Part shown: piece after piece, positions 26,024-39,427 of the stretch
Layout: each line of letters opens with the position of its first letter
Position numbering within the stretch: position 1 is the stretch's first letter
The notes under the pieces: model-generated
Told to the model about the DNA's origin: nothing
What the model saw: the letters and a program-made list of their open reading frames with translations, nothing else
The model's database searches: none
Made by a program: the position numbers and the translations under genes
Origin: Eledone cirrhosa
Taxonomy: Eukaryota
Reading direction: 5' to 3'
Assembly (NCBI GenBank): GCA_964016885.1
Contig: OZ024744.1
Location: 106,268,001 to 106,332,000, forward strand
DNA: 64,000 nt

Positions 26024-26845
26024 CGGTTGTCCCAACATATATAGTCAGTTGGTAAATATAAGTCATCAAAGGACACCCGATGTGAGGGGGTCCATAGGTT
26101 GGTGTCCACAAAAGAAGACTGCTAACAAGCTTGTCTTTGCTTCGGTAGCAGCACCCAGTATATCATATCCTTCTTTCCCTAACTAAAGCTGATACAGGCT
26201 CTCCTGTATCAGCTTTGTCCATATAGCTCCTCCTCCAAGGAATGCTGCTTCCAGGACCTGTTTAACACTACATGTAGCATTCAGGTACATGTCCCATCAA
26301 GCTTGTTCTCTAATCTTTGTGTCATTGTCCATGCTGAGCAGCTGTACAAAAGAACTGACTCAACTGCAGCTCTGAAGAAGCCTATTCCAGATTGACCTGA
26401 GGCTATCAAGGAACACACCATGTCTCGATGGATGCAATATTACTTCCAAGATAGGTAAATCTTTCAACCTTTTTTTTTAGAGGTTTTCCATTCAAGGTTT
26501 TCATTTCACCCCTCTGATGCATATGTTTGCTGACATTACACCAAGATGGTAATACCTTACCAGTGGAAAATCTACAAACCAGCATAACTACATCATGTAA
26601 TTGTATGAGCATCTGATGATGTCACGTGGAGACTGTCAATAATGTAACCATTGCACGATTACTAACAATTATATAAATGTAACATCTGTCTTAACATTAT
26701 TTCATAAATGGAAACTCTGTCACCATAATCGCCACCATAATGCTGAAGATACACTACTGATGTAGAGTGCTTTTTACTGCTTAAACCAGATTATCTGAGG
26801 CATGGCAATATAACCCTTATGGATAAACACACTAATTGTCTGCCT

Positions 26846-26917
<72 letters not shown>

Positions 26918-26924
26918 AATGAAA

Positions 26925-27722
26925 AAAATGAAATGGCTGTTACTTAAATATAAGTATGTATACGTACATACATATATGTATACAGACATACAGTAGTGTG
27001 AATATATATACATACATGCACACATATATACATGTACGTATGGATTTATCGAACATTTATTATAATGCTCGGTTTGTTTGTAAACAAACATCCCGAATTA
27101 AGCCATACAGTGTTTAGTATCATTGCCCTTTTGTTCAACACTCAGGATGTTTGTTTACAAACAAACCGAGCATTATAATAAATGTTCGGTAAATCCATAC
27201 GTACATATATATATGTGTGCATGTATGTATATATATATATACATACTACTGTACGTCTGTATACATATATGTATGTACGTGTACATACTTATATTTAAGT
27301 AACAGCCGTACTAAGAGTGTCAAATGAAATTTCGTTTCATTTTTTCCATTTATCGTTTTCGGTGCGCCCGGTCGATTAACTCACTCGATATGCAAATTAG
27401 GGTGCTCAGCCGTTAATATGCATAAGGAAAGTATATACTTTCAGACGTTCAATCATCTGGCAGGAAGGTATACGGTGCTGACGATAGTTAATAAGCTTGA
27501 AACTAGTACATCGTACCTTTGTCAGTGTTGAACAAAAAGGCAACGATGGCTGCTAAACACTGTACGGCTTAATTCGGGATGTTTGTTTACAAACAAACCG
27601 AGCATTATAATAAATGTTCGGTAAATCCATACATACATATATATATATGTGTGCATGTATGTATATATATACATACTACTGTATATCTGTATACATATAT
27701 GTATGTACGTATACATACTTAT
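26925..27722 (+). mobile_element. Penelope-like pLTR arrangement (inverted plus direct partial repeats) around a hammerhead
   Basis: 26925-27141 is inverted relative to 27144-27308 and 27524-27722, and those two are direct repeats. Hammerhead at 27471-27515. Confidence 0.7.
27471..27515 (+). ncRNA. Minimal type-I hammerhead ribozyme
   Basis: Stem I tacggtg/catcgta, core CTGACGA, stem II agtt-aata-agct, GAA plus palindromic stem III ACTAGT, cleavage triplet GTA (cut after 27508). Confidence 0.8.
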
Positions 27723-27746
27723 ATATATATATATATATATGTGTGT

Positions 27747-28272
27747 GTATAGAAATTTCGTATTTCTAAAGAAACACGGTTTTAGGAAGCCGTAGTTATG
27801 CAAACACCAGGGCTAACACCCTCTGGTGGTGTCCAACAGAAGCAAGGGGGACAACTGTTTATGCATTTCAGGCTTGACTGGCCTTCCTCAGGACGGTCCC
27901 TCCCACCGCTTGTGACTGCTGGACTTGAAAACAGTCGAGAATATATAGTTTTCTCGCCTGTAAATGAGGTGATTAATCTCGTTTGCATATTTCTTTTCTA
28001 TTATAAGTTGAGCCAACTTATGCAGCTTCATATGCAAATGAGATTAATCACCTGATTTACAGACGAAAAAACTATATATTCTCGACTGTTTACAAGTCCA
28101 GCAGTCACAAGCGGTGGGAGAGACCGTCCTGAAGAAGGCCACTCAAGCTTGAAATGCATAAACAGTTGTCCCCCTTGCTTCTGCTGGAGACCACCAGGGG
28201 GTGTTAGCCCAGGTATTTGCATAGCTACGGCTTCCTAAAACCGTGTTTCTTTAGAAATACGAAATTTCTATA
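27747..28272. repeat. Long palindrome (~243-bp arms, ~39-bp spacer) with a hammerhead motif in each arm
   Basis: The arms are imperfect reverse complements. Plus strand 28122-28167 reads CTGAAGA-aggc..gctt-GAAATGCATA; minus strand 27853-27898 reads CTGAGGA-aggc..gcct-GAAATGCATA. Confidence 0.85.
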
Positions 28273-28773
28273 CATATTTGTATAAAGTTATGCTTGAAGC
28301 GAAATCATATTTCTTTTCTTATATATATATATATATATTCCAGTGAAGCCCCCAGTCCACACTGTCAAGTTGTCAAGCAGCTATCATGACAAAAAGCAGC
28401 GAGTACACACTGTAAATATGGTTGGTGTTAGGAAGGACATCCTCCAGCTGTAAAAACCAAGCCCAAAACAGTCCTATATGTGCAAGACATGGTCACCTGA
28501 CCTGACATGCCTCTAATGAGATAACCTGTCTAACCCATGATAGCGTGGAAAAACGATGATGATGATGATGATATATATGTATGTGTATAAGTGTGTGTAA
28601 AGGTAGAATCTGTATTCTAAAACAATATATTGGATAATGTAGTTTTGTGTTCTGTAAGACTTCTAACCATGACCATCTCCACTTTTTCCAGAACCCAGAA
28701 CTATTGTATCCAATATATTGTTTTATTAAGACAATGAAGGTGTGATTTGGCTGTTATTTCTAACATGTTGACT

Positions 28774-29103
28774 GACCATGTAGATGTCCAGCCATTGGTC
28801 CTTTAATGTGATGTGGTCACATGACCATATAGTTGTTTAGTTATTGGTCCACTAAATGTGATGAGGTCACATGACCATGTAGATGTCCAGTCATTGGTCC
28901 ATTAAATGTGATGTGGTCACATGACCATGTAGATGTCCAGTCACTGGTCCACTAAATGTGATGTGGTCACATGACCATGTAGAAGTCCAGTCATTGGTCC
29001 ACTAAATGTGATGAGGTCACATGACCATGTAGATGTCCAGTGATTGGTCCACTAAATGTGATGTGGTCACATGACCATGTAGATGTCCAGTCATTGGTCC
29101 ACT
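28774..29103. repeat. 50-bp minisatellite, about 6.5 copies
   Basis: Unit gaccatgtagatgtccagtcattggtccactaaatgtgatgtggtcacat. Confidence 0.92.
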
Positions 29104-29589
29104 ACACTAAATATCCAATTTATGATCATAGTTTCAGTCTTAACACCCAGTACCATATTAAAACACAGTAACAAGACATGATAGATGATTTAATTAACTA
29201 ATTAAGAGCTGATAAGATGTTTGTGACGTATCATAAAGTTTGTTACTAATTAAATTAAATTTATTATTTATTATTAACATTTTTCTTTACATCTGTTTTA
29301 AAATTATTATTTAATTAATTAACAATGCATTTACAACATAAATGATTGCATTACTTTAAATATGAAAATCTGGGGTCCAAATTCAACCCTGGTCCAATGT
29401 TTTTATTGTTTCATTAACTCTTTGTCCTGTACCACGTAAAACCACATTAACAAGACATTCTTGAAAAGTACAACACACACTATGACTGCATGACATTAAA
29501 TATTTAAAGTGGTAATTACTATTCCTAATTGGTTTATTTGCAATAGTTTATAACTTTGCCTATTAATCCGTATGGTGAGCAAATGGGGT

Positions 29590-29784
29590 CCCAAGTGCTG
29601 GCCTCCCCACAGCCCCGGCGGACAGGATGGAGAAGGCTTTTCCCTGGAGGATGGTAAGGGAGATGTGCTGGAAGAGCCATTCCAACTTGCGAGGCTCACA
29701 CCTGCGGCTAGTCAGCTCAGCGCCTATGGTGGTGAATAGGGAGGTAGCCCTAGGGCCAAGGACACCGGAAGTCTCCACTGCCAA
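29590..29784 (-). mobile_element. 3' fragment of a CRE-like (RLE) non-LTR element
   Basis: AVETSGVLGPRA...IGAEL...EPR..WLFQHISLTILQGKAFSIL resembles the recalled C-terminal motif VETxGxxG...QRxSxxxQRGNA. Confidence 0.6.
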
Positions 29785-30129
29785 TATTTACTCTAATACA
29801 GTAAATGTTCACAACAATCTGTCTAATATTAAAGATACTATAAACATTTGAATTAACAAACACATTTTTTTAGTATAAGAATTAAAAAGAAAATTCTACT
29901 TTGCTCTACATATTGCTTGCTAAAAATATCTGAAGGCAGTAAATTTGTAGAGTCGTGTGTTTGATAGAGTGCCATGCAGCTCCAGTTGCTCCAGCATCCA
30001 GCACTCTGTCATCTGTGTTTAGAACCTGCCAACGTCTTCTTTGCCTTTCATCCAAGTAGCAGTCAAACACTGCATTTGATTCTTTTTTCTTTTCTCTCTC
30101 CCCTCCATCTCCATACGCCCTCTCTCTTT

Positions 30130-30166
<37 letters not shown>

Positions 30167-30194
30167 CCCCCCCCCCCCCCCCCTCTCTCGCTCA

Positions 30195-31495
30195 TCAGAA
30201 TCCAAAGATGAAAACTCCAAGACAAGAAAACACCATTAAGAAACATGATTGTCAGCTACTGGTACAAAAAGCCGATATTCTATCGGAGGTATCTTATCAA
30301 CCTCTACCAGCAAGCTCTCTAGGGAGATACACATATACCAGAATGGTTCACAGCACAAACATCAATGGTCCCAAGAACAAAGTCACTCACTTGGCAAAAA
30401 ACTACCAACGCATTACATGCCAGAACCTGATGTATAAGATGTATACAGCCTGCCTGAACCTATTTCTCCAAGATCACTGTGATACTATTTATCCTGTCAT
30501 TAAACCCCTTGTCCTTTCTGCTCAAGAAATGTGAAGGATACATCATTGGCTCACAGGACATAAATACAAAGTTAACCCATAATTTCTTTGTGGATGACCT
30601 GAAACTCTATGCCAAGAACATGGATGGGATGAAGAAAAATCTTGACCTGGTTACAATATTCTCAAAGGATATTAAAAATGGAGTTTGGCCAAGAACAATG
30701 TTCATATATGACTGTAACGTGGGGAAAAACTACAACCCAATCTAGCAATATTTTTATCAATGGCCTAACTGTTTCACCAAAATCTGATGAGGACTGCTAC
30801 AGATACCTGGGGATAGATGAGAGTATACCCTATAATGGTGTCTGTAATAAGGAACACGTAATCAGGGAATATTTTACCTGATTAAGAAAAATATGGTCAT
30901 CGGAACTCTCTGCACACAATAAAACAGTGGCTCACAATGTGTTTGCTGTGCCTGTCCTAACACCAACATTTGCGATACTCAATTGGACAATAGATGAAAT
31001 CCGAGCAATTGAAGTTAAAACTCGAAAAATTCTAAACAACACCGGAAACTTCCACATCAACAGTGACATAGACCTCCTTTACTTGAAACGTAAGCAGGGA
31101 GGCAGAGGCCTAACATCAGTCCAGGCAACATTTGAATGTCGCATCATATCTCTCCAACAACATTTACAAACCTTGAAATGTAGGAGCCCATCTCTCGAGC
31201 AAGTCTGTCTGCATGAGACAGATAAGATCATGAGGATTGGGAAGGAACTCCTTGAAAGATACTCCCTGCGTGATAATAAAAAATCACACCCAGGGAAGTT
31301 TCCCAGCAGTACCGCAGTGAATCCATGGATGAAAAACTGCATGCTTATCATGCTTATGTTGCCAGGAAGCTCCAGAGCGAGAGTAATATAGATAAACAAA
31401 GTAGTCTATCTTGGACCAACAACCGCTATATTGGCTTCCACTTTGAAGGATATGCTTTTGCAATCCAAGAACAGGAAATTAACACAAAATGCCTG
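30195..31495 (+). mobile_element. Frameshifted R4/Dong-like reverse transcriptase fragment
   Basis: THNFFVDDLKLYAKN, YRYLGIDE, LYLKRKQGGRGL and FAIQEQ motifs spread across frames. Confidence 0.8.
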
Positions 31496-32254
31496 TGCTT
31501 TAAAGGTTTTTTAAGTGGAGAAATGCCCTGCACTTGATCAATCCCACTCTATGAGCATCGAAAACACTACCTGAAAAGGAGAACTGGTCAACATCATCGG
31601 ATGCTTCCGAAGCTGCAGGTTGTTTTCAGAGTTTCCCTCTCCTAGAAAGGTGTTGTGACAACAACTGGGGGGCTTTCACTCCCAGGTGAAAAAATAAAAA
31701 AAGATACATACATACAAGACCCGACTTCCCACGGCTACAAGCCAAAGCTGAAGCATATAGACAATGTGACCCCACCCCCTCCCACTGCAAAGTGGTCATG
31801 GAGGTGTCACAACAAAAAGCACCCAGCCCACACTGTAAAGTGGACGTGGAGGTGTCACAACAAAAAGCACCCAGCCCACACTGTAAAGTGGACGTGGAGG
31901 TGCTACGACAAAAAAAACACCCAATACTAACAGTAAATGAGGTTGGTGTTAGGAAGGGCATCCAGCTGTAGAAATCAAGCCAGAATCAGTTCCCGTATGA
32001 GCAAGACAAGGTCACCAGAACTAGCATTGCCCACAACAGGACAACCCGTCTAACCCATGCTAGTGTGGAAGAATAGACGTAAAACGGTGATGATGATGAT
32101 GATGATGATGATGATACATACATACAAATTATAAAGAACTCATTGTTTTTTTTAAATCTATTTAAAACTCTGGCGGCCCTTTTTTATTTTAAATTTGTCA
32201 CATTAAAAGACATTAAATATATGAAGTAAAATTAAAGAAAAAATTATAATAAAC

Positions 32255-32310
32255 CTTCTTTAATTTTTCAATTCCAATTTTGATTCGTTTTGCAAATTCA
32301 TATCTCTCTT
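32255..32310 (-). CDS. CEP104: CEP104 exon: (Q)ERYEFAKRIKIGIEKLKK
   Basis: Acceptor catttttcag, donor AAG|gtttat, 56 nt, phase 1 to 0. Matches ERYDYAKKLKQAIADLQK. Confidence 0.9.
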
Positions 32311-32434
32311 CTGAAAAATGGAAGTATGATACGTTAAATTAAATTACTGTCTACATATACACATGGTCTACATAAATAATACCTTAATACTTTCCCTTCT
32401 TGTTCAGCTTGTTTACAAACAATCCTGACCCCAT

Positions 32435-33148
32435 TACCACCACCAACACCTTACCAAACCATACCACTACCATACTACCACCATACCACCACCATCATAC
32501 CAACATACCACCACCATACCACCACCATACCACCACCATGCTACCACCATGCTACCACCATACCATCACCATACCATCACCATACCACCACCATGCTACC
32601 AACATACCACCAAAATACCACAGCATACCTCAACATACCAAACCATACCACCACCATACCACCACCATACCACCACCATACCACACTATACCCCATCATA
32701 CCACCACCATACCACCACCATACCACCACCATACTACCACCATACAACCACCATACCACCACCATACCACCACCATACCACCACCATACTACCACCATAC
32801 CACCACCATACCACCACCATACCACCACCATACCACCACCATACCACACCATACCACGACCATGCTACCAAAATACCACCACCATACCACACCATACCAC
32901 AACATACCACCACCATACCACACCATACCACCATCATACCACACTATACCACCACCATACCACCACCATACCACCACCATACTACCACCATACCACCACC
33001 ATACCACCACCATACCACCACCATACCACCACCATACCACACCATACCACCACCATACCACACCATACCACCACCATACCACACCATACCACCACCATAC
33101 CACACTATACCACCACCATACCACACCATACCACCACCATACCGCCAC
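32435..33148. repeat. Low-complexity (CCA/TACCA)-rich satellite
   Basis: Degenerate ccataccacca repeats. Confidence 0.95.
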
Positions 33149-33304
33149 CGTTCAATAAGACAGTCTCCCCTTCCCCTGTGGCCCCTTCTTATGGCAATGG
33201 TAGTTCACTATATGAATGATAAAAACACTTAGCAGCAAATGAGGGTTTCTGAAGTCCACCCAGCTATGCCAGCACCTAACAAATACAACAGACCCCTGAA
33301 ATAT

Positions 33305-36300
33305 ATAACTGTTTCTACTTTTGGCACCAGGCCAGCAATTATCTCAGTACATTACTGGTACTTTATGTTATCAACCCCGTAAGGATGAAAGGCAAAGTTA
33401 ACCTCGGCGGGATTTGAACTCAGAATGACAAGGGCCGTCCCCTGAAATATATAATGAAATAATGGCACAAGGCCAGCAATTTTGGGGGGAGGGGAAAGTC
33501 GATAAAATCGACCCCAGTGCGTGACTGGTACTTTATTTTATTGACCCCGTAAGGATGAAAGGCAAAGTTAACCTCGGCGGGATTTGAACTCAGATCATAA
33601 AGGGCCGTAACTCTATACGTCAAAGCATGGCATCCGACCCTCTACCGATACTGCCAATCCACATACTTGTTTCTACTTTTTGGCACAAGGCCAGCAATTA
33701 TCCCAGTGCATTACTGGTACTTTATTTTATCGACCCCGTAAGGATGAAAGGCAAAATTAACCTCGGCGGGATATTAACTCAGAATGGCAAGGGCCGTCCC
33801 CTGAAATATATAATGAAATAATTGTTTCTACAATAGGCACAAGGCCAGCAATTATCCCAGTGTATTACTGGTACTTTATTTTATCGACCCCCCGTTAGGA
33901 TGAAAGGCAAAGTTAACCTCGACGGGATTTGAACTCAGAACGGCAAGGGCCGTAACTCTATGCGTCAAAGCATGGCGTCCGATCCTCTACCGATACTGCC
34001 AATTCACCGCCCTTATATATAATGAAATAATGAGACCATTACTCACGAACTACTGCTTCTTGTTTCTTTTTTTGTAGCCTCCGAATGAGCTGAGCAACTG
34101 CTGGGTCTTGGTAAATATCAAATGCTAGGTCATCAAATGGAGAAATATAATCTGACCTAGCACGACAAACACATAACATGTAATATGACATTACTAGATA
34201 CTTATATATATATATATATATTAATGTAATCTGAGTTTTACAAATATTAATAATTGTTTCTACTTTTGGCTCAAGGCCAGCAATTACCCAGTACATTACT
34301 GGTACTTTTATTCTTGTTATTCTCCCATTTATCTATAAATACTAGTGCACTGTATCATGTCCACAAATCAGTATTCTGAAGATTTGGTCGGGTATCAACT
34401 GTAATTAAAATTGAGTGAAGTAGCATCTTTATGAACAGCGATTTTTAGACATACCAGACTAATGAAACATTTGAATAAACCCTATTTTACAGCCAATCTA
34501 TGTTATTCTTCATTCATTTACTATATATATATATATATATATCATCATCACCATTTTACGTCCATTCTTCCATGCTAGCATGGGTTAGATGGGTTATCCT
34601 GTTGTGGGCAATGCCAGATCAGGTCACCTTGTCTTGCTCATACGGAACTGAATTTGGCTTGATTTCTACAGCTGGATGCCCTTCCTAACACCAACCTCAT
34701 TTACAGTGAGTGTTGGGTGCTTTTTTACCGTGGCGCCTACACGTCCACTTTACAGAGTGGGGTGGGTGTTTTTTGTTGTGACACCTCCACCACCACTTTG
34801 CAGTGGGAGGGTGTGGGGGCATATTGTCTATAAGCTTCAGCTTCTGCTTGTACCCGTGTGAAGTCAGGTCTTCCGTATTACTGCGTGACGCCAGAGGTCA
34901 CGGCCCTGTGTCAACCAACGCCTTTAAGAGGTGCAATTGGGTAAGGTTAGTTTTTATCAACTCATCCCAGGTCTTCTTGGGTCTCCCCCACTCCACGGCT
35001 TCCATCAACTTTTAGTGCTCTGCACCTTTTTATGTAGCTGTCATATATATATACGTGTAATATTGTATTACTAGATTAGTATATATATATATATGTATAT
35101 ATTTATTTGCTGTATCATGTCTTATAACATACAATTATTGTCAAAACTAGACCAAAAGATAAATCTTGTTTACAATTTAATCACAAAAAATCTCACCTTC
35201 GATGTAGGCCCTTACTGAAAATAGGGAGATTCTGTGTGACACATAGATACAGATCATTTATACCAGCAATGTGAAATAAAGTGTCACACCTGCTCTGGGA
35301 ATCAAACACACCATCTGACAATTATGAGCCCTAAACCCTAACCACTAACCTGTTTTTGGCACAAGGCGAGCAATTACACAGTACATTACTGGTACTTTAT
35401 TTTATCAAACCTGTAAGGAGGAAAGACAAAGTTAACCTCGGCAGGATTTGAACCCAGAACGTAAAGGGCCATAACTCTATGCTGCAACGCATGGTGTTCG
35501 ACCTTCTACTGATACTGCCAATCCACCACCCTTATAATAATAATAATAATAATAATTGTTTCTACTATTGGCACAAGGTCAGCAATTACCCAGTACATTA
35601 CTGGTACTTTATTTTATCGACCCCGTAAGGATGAAAGGCAAAGTTAACCTCGGCGGGATGTGAACTCAGAATGGCAAGGGCCAAAACTCTATGCGTCAAA
35701 TCATGGTGTCTACCCTCTACCGATACTACCAATTCAACAATAATAATTGTTTCTACCTTTGACACAAGGCCAGCAATTACCCAGTGCATTACTGGTACTT
35801 TATTTTATCGACCCCGTAAGGATGAAAGGCAAACTTCAATAATAATAATGATTTCTAGTATAGTTCAACAGACAGATTAATAAAATAGTTACCAGATATA
35901 AATATATATATATATACTTAAAGGTGATGCTCCAGCATGGTCGTAGTTTAATGACTGAAACTGGTAAAATAATAATATATAATTGTTTCTACTTTTGGCA
36001 CAAGGCCAGCAATGTACCCCAGTACATTACATTACTGGTACTTTATTTTATTAACCCTGTAAGGATGAAAGACAAAGTTAACCCCGGCGAGATTTGAACT
36101 CAGAACTCACAAAGCATGGTGTCTGACGCTCTACTGATACCGCAAATCCACTGCCAACTAAAGACTTTAATATATAATTGTTTCTACTTTTGGCAAAAGG
36201 CCAGCAATTAACCAGTGTATTACTGGTACTTTATTTTATCGACCCCGTAAGGATGAAAGGCAAAGTTAACCTCAGCGGGATTTGAACTCAGAATGGCAAG

Positions 36301-36561
36301 GGACGTAACTCTATGCGTCAAAGCATGGCGTCCGACCCTCTCCCAATACTGCCAATCCACGCCTCTTTAATATATAATTGTTTATACTTTAGGCACAAGG
36401 CCAGCAATTACCCAGTGCATTACTGGTACTTTATTTTATCGACCCCGTAAGGATGAAAGGCAAAGTCAACCTCGGCGGGATTTGAACTCAGATCGTAAAG
36501 GGACGTAACTATGCTGGAAAGCATGGCGTCCGACCCTCTACCGATACTGCCAATCCATGCC
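33305..36561 (-). mobile_element. Cluster of about 11 family-A SINE copies or fragments flanking exon 34047-34156
   Basis: Repeated ataattgtttctac...ttactggtactttattttatcgaccccgtaaggatgaaaggcaaag, all in the same orientation. Confidence 0.85.
34047..34156 (-). CDS. CEP104: CEP104 exon: SDYISPFDDLAFDIYQDPAVAQLIRRLQKKKQEAVV
   Basis: Acceptor gtttgtcgtgctag, donor C|gtgagt, 110 nt. Matches SDYISPLDDLAFDMYQDPEVAQIIRKLDERKREAV. Confidence 0.95.
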
Positions 36562-36788
36562 CCTTTAATATATAATGTGATGCAATCATAAAGCTGTTTT
36601 GTACTTTTCAATTATGTCATGTTAATGTGGTTTTATGTGGTACAGGATGTTAAGGAGTGAAGTAGATGTCAGTCTCAATGAAATACTTCAAAGTGATAAG
36701 ATAATTGTTATACCTGGGAGTCAAACACAATTATGAGACCAGCACCCTAACCACTAAGCCACACAACAATAACAATAGTATGAAGTAC

Positions 36789-36847
36789 CTGTTAAGTCCA
36801 CCCAAAGATTGGTCCTTCTCAAGATTTTGGTCTTCTTCATTTAATAT
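36789..36847 (-). CDS. CEP104: CEP104 exon: ILNEEDQNLEKDQSLGGLN(R)
   Basis: Acceptor ttttttcactgtag, donor AG|gtactt, 59 nt. Supplies the phase 0 to 2 bridge needed between the flanking exons. Confidence 0.8.
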
Positions 36848-37139
36848 CTACAGTGAAAAAAATATTGCTTAATAATTTAGTCTTGCATGTCAATGTGTGT
36901 GTATATGTGGGTATCTGTGTGTGCATGTGTACATGTGTGTGTGTGTATGTGTATGCATGTGTATGGTGTATGTGTGACTGTGTAAGCATGCATGTATGTA
37001 TGCCCATAAATGTGTGTATGTGGGCATGTGTGTATATGTTTGTGTGTATGTGTGTGTGTGTGTGCGTGTGTGTATGTGTGTGTGTGTGCGTGTGTGTATG
37101 TGGTAGAAGGAAAAAAGCAAAAAGCATTACAATCCCTAC

Positions 37140-37196
37140 CGGATTAGATTCTTCTTGTAAATTTTCACCAATAATGTTGATTGCGACCACACTGAT
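37140..37196 (-). CDS. CEP104: CEP104 exon: ISVVAINIIGENLQEESNP
   Basis: Acceptor ccctttattctctag, donor CCG|gtaggg, 57 nt, phase 0 to 0. Matches VALVAINIIG. Confidence 0.92.
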
Positions 37197-39215
37197 CTAG
37201 AGAATAAAGGGAGATAATTAATGTTAAGAGCAACATCATTGGTCTAGAGAATAAAGGGAGATAACTAATGTTGATAGCAACAACACTGATCTAGAGAGAA
37301 TAAAGGGGGATAACTAATGTTGATAGCAACAATAGTGATCTAGAGAGAATAAAGGGAGATAATTAATGTTGATAGCAACAACACTGTTCTAGAGAGAATA
37401 AAGGGGGATAGCTAATGTTGATAGGATAGCAACAACACTGATCTAGAGGGAATAAAGGGAGATAACTAATGTTGATAGCAACAACACTGATCTAGAGGGA
37501 ATAAAGGGAGATAACTAATGTTGATAGGATAGCAACAACACTGATCTAGAGGGAATAAAGGGAGATAACTAATGTTGATAGCAACAACACTGATCTAGAG
37601 GGAATAAAGGGAGATAACTAATGTTGATAGGATAGCAACAACACTGATCTAGAGGGAATAAAGGGAGATAACTAATGTTGATAGCAACAACACTGATCTA
37701 GAGGGAATAAAGGGAGATAACTAATGTTGATAGCAACACCACTGATCTAGAGGGAATAAAGGGAGATAACTAATGTTGATAGCAACACCACTGATCTAGA
37801 GGGAATAAAGGGAGATAACTAATGTTGATAGCAACACCACTGATCTAGAGGGAATAAAGGGAGATAACTAATGTTGATAGCAACAACACTGATCTAGAGA
37901 GAATAAAGGGAGATAACTAATGTTGATAGCAACACCACTGATCTAGAGGGAATAAAGGGAGATAACTAATGTTGATAGCAACAACACTGATCTAGAGAGA
38001 ATAAAGGGAGATAACTAATGTTGATAGCAACACCACTGATCTAGAGGGAATAAAGGGAGATAACTAATGTTGATAGCAACACCACTGATCTAGAGAGAAT
38101 AAAGGGAGATAACTAATGTTGATAGCAACACCACTGATCTAGAGGGAATAAAGGGAGATAACTAATGTTGATAGCAACACCACTGATCTAGAGGGAATAA
38201 AGGGAGATAACTAATGTTGATAGCAACAACACTGATCTAGAGAGAATAAAGGGAGATAACTAATGTTGATAGCAACACCACTGATCTAGAGGGAATAAAG
38301 GGAGATAACTAATGTTGATAGCAACACCACTGATCTAGAGGGAATAAAGGGAGATAACTAATGTTGATAGCAACAACACTGATCTAGAGAGAATAAAGGG
38401 AGATAACTAATGTTGATAGCAACACCACTGATCTAGAGAGAATAAAGGGAGATAACTAATGTTGATAGAAACAACACTGATCTAGAGAGAATAAAGGGAG
38501 ATAACTAATGTTGATAGCAACAACACTGATCTAGAGGGAATAAAGGGAGATAACTAATGTTGATAGGATAGCAACAACACTGATCTAGAGGGAATAAAGG
38601 GAGATAACTAATGTTGATAGCAACAACACTGATCTAGAGGGAATAAAGGGAGATAACTAATGTTGATAGGATAGCAACAACACTGATCTAGAGGGAATAA
38701 AGGGAGATAACTAATGTTGATAGGATAGCAACAACACTCATCTAGAGATTTAAGGGAGATAACTAATGTTGATAGCAACAATAGTGATCTAGAGAGAATA
38801 AAGGGAGATAACTAATGTTGATAGCAACAACACTGATCTAGAGAGAATAAAGGGAGATAACTAATGTTGATAGCAACACCACTGATCTAGAGGGAATAAA
38901 GGGAGATAACTAATGTTGATAGCAACACCACTGATCTAGAGGGAATAAAGGGAGATAACTAATGTTGATAGCAACAACACTGATCTAGAGAGAATAAACG
39001 GAGATAACTAATGTTGATAGCAACAACACTGATCTAGAGGGAATAAAGGGAGATAACTAATGTTGATAGCAACACCACTGATCTAGAGAGAATAAAGGGA
39101 GATAATTAATGTTGATAGCAACAACACTGATCTAGAGGGAATAAAGGGAGATAATTAATGTTGATAGCAACAACATTAGTCTAGAGAATAAAGAGAGATC
39201 ACTAATGTTGATAAT
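37172..39215 (-). repeat. 49-bp minisatellite (about 40 copies) made of the CEP104 splice acceptor plus exon start
   Basis: Minus-strand unit ttagttatctccctttattccctctAG|ATCAGTGTTGTTGCTATCAACA, compared with authentic ...ttattctctAG|ATCAGTGTGGTCGCAATCAACA. Confidence 0.95.
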
Positions 39216-39427
39216 AACCACAAATCATCTACCAGTTTACAGAGTTTGGTTATTATCAACATTAGTGCTGTTTATCATTCTACCAACTCTAAAGAAGATA
39301 CCACGTTATGAACATGGGTGAACAGTCCTCTGTGTCTTATATTGTCACTGGTCAAATCATCTACCATTTTACACTCCAAATACTCCCACAGAAACACAAC
39401 AGATCCCCCCAACCCTGCCACATGCTA

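Noticed and set aside
26608-26645. ctgatgatgtc...gac hammerhead-like start
   Set aside because: The GAAA half of the core is missing; at most a decayed remnant.
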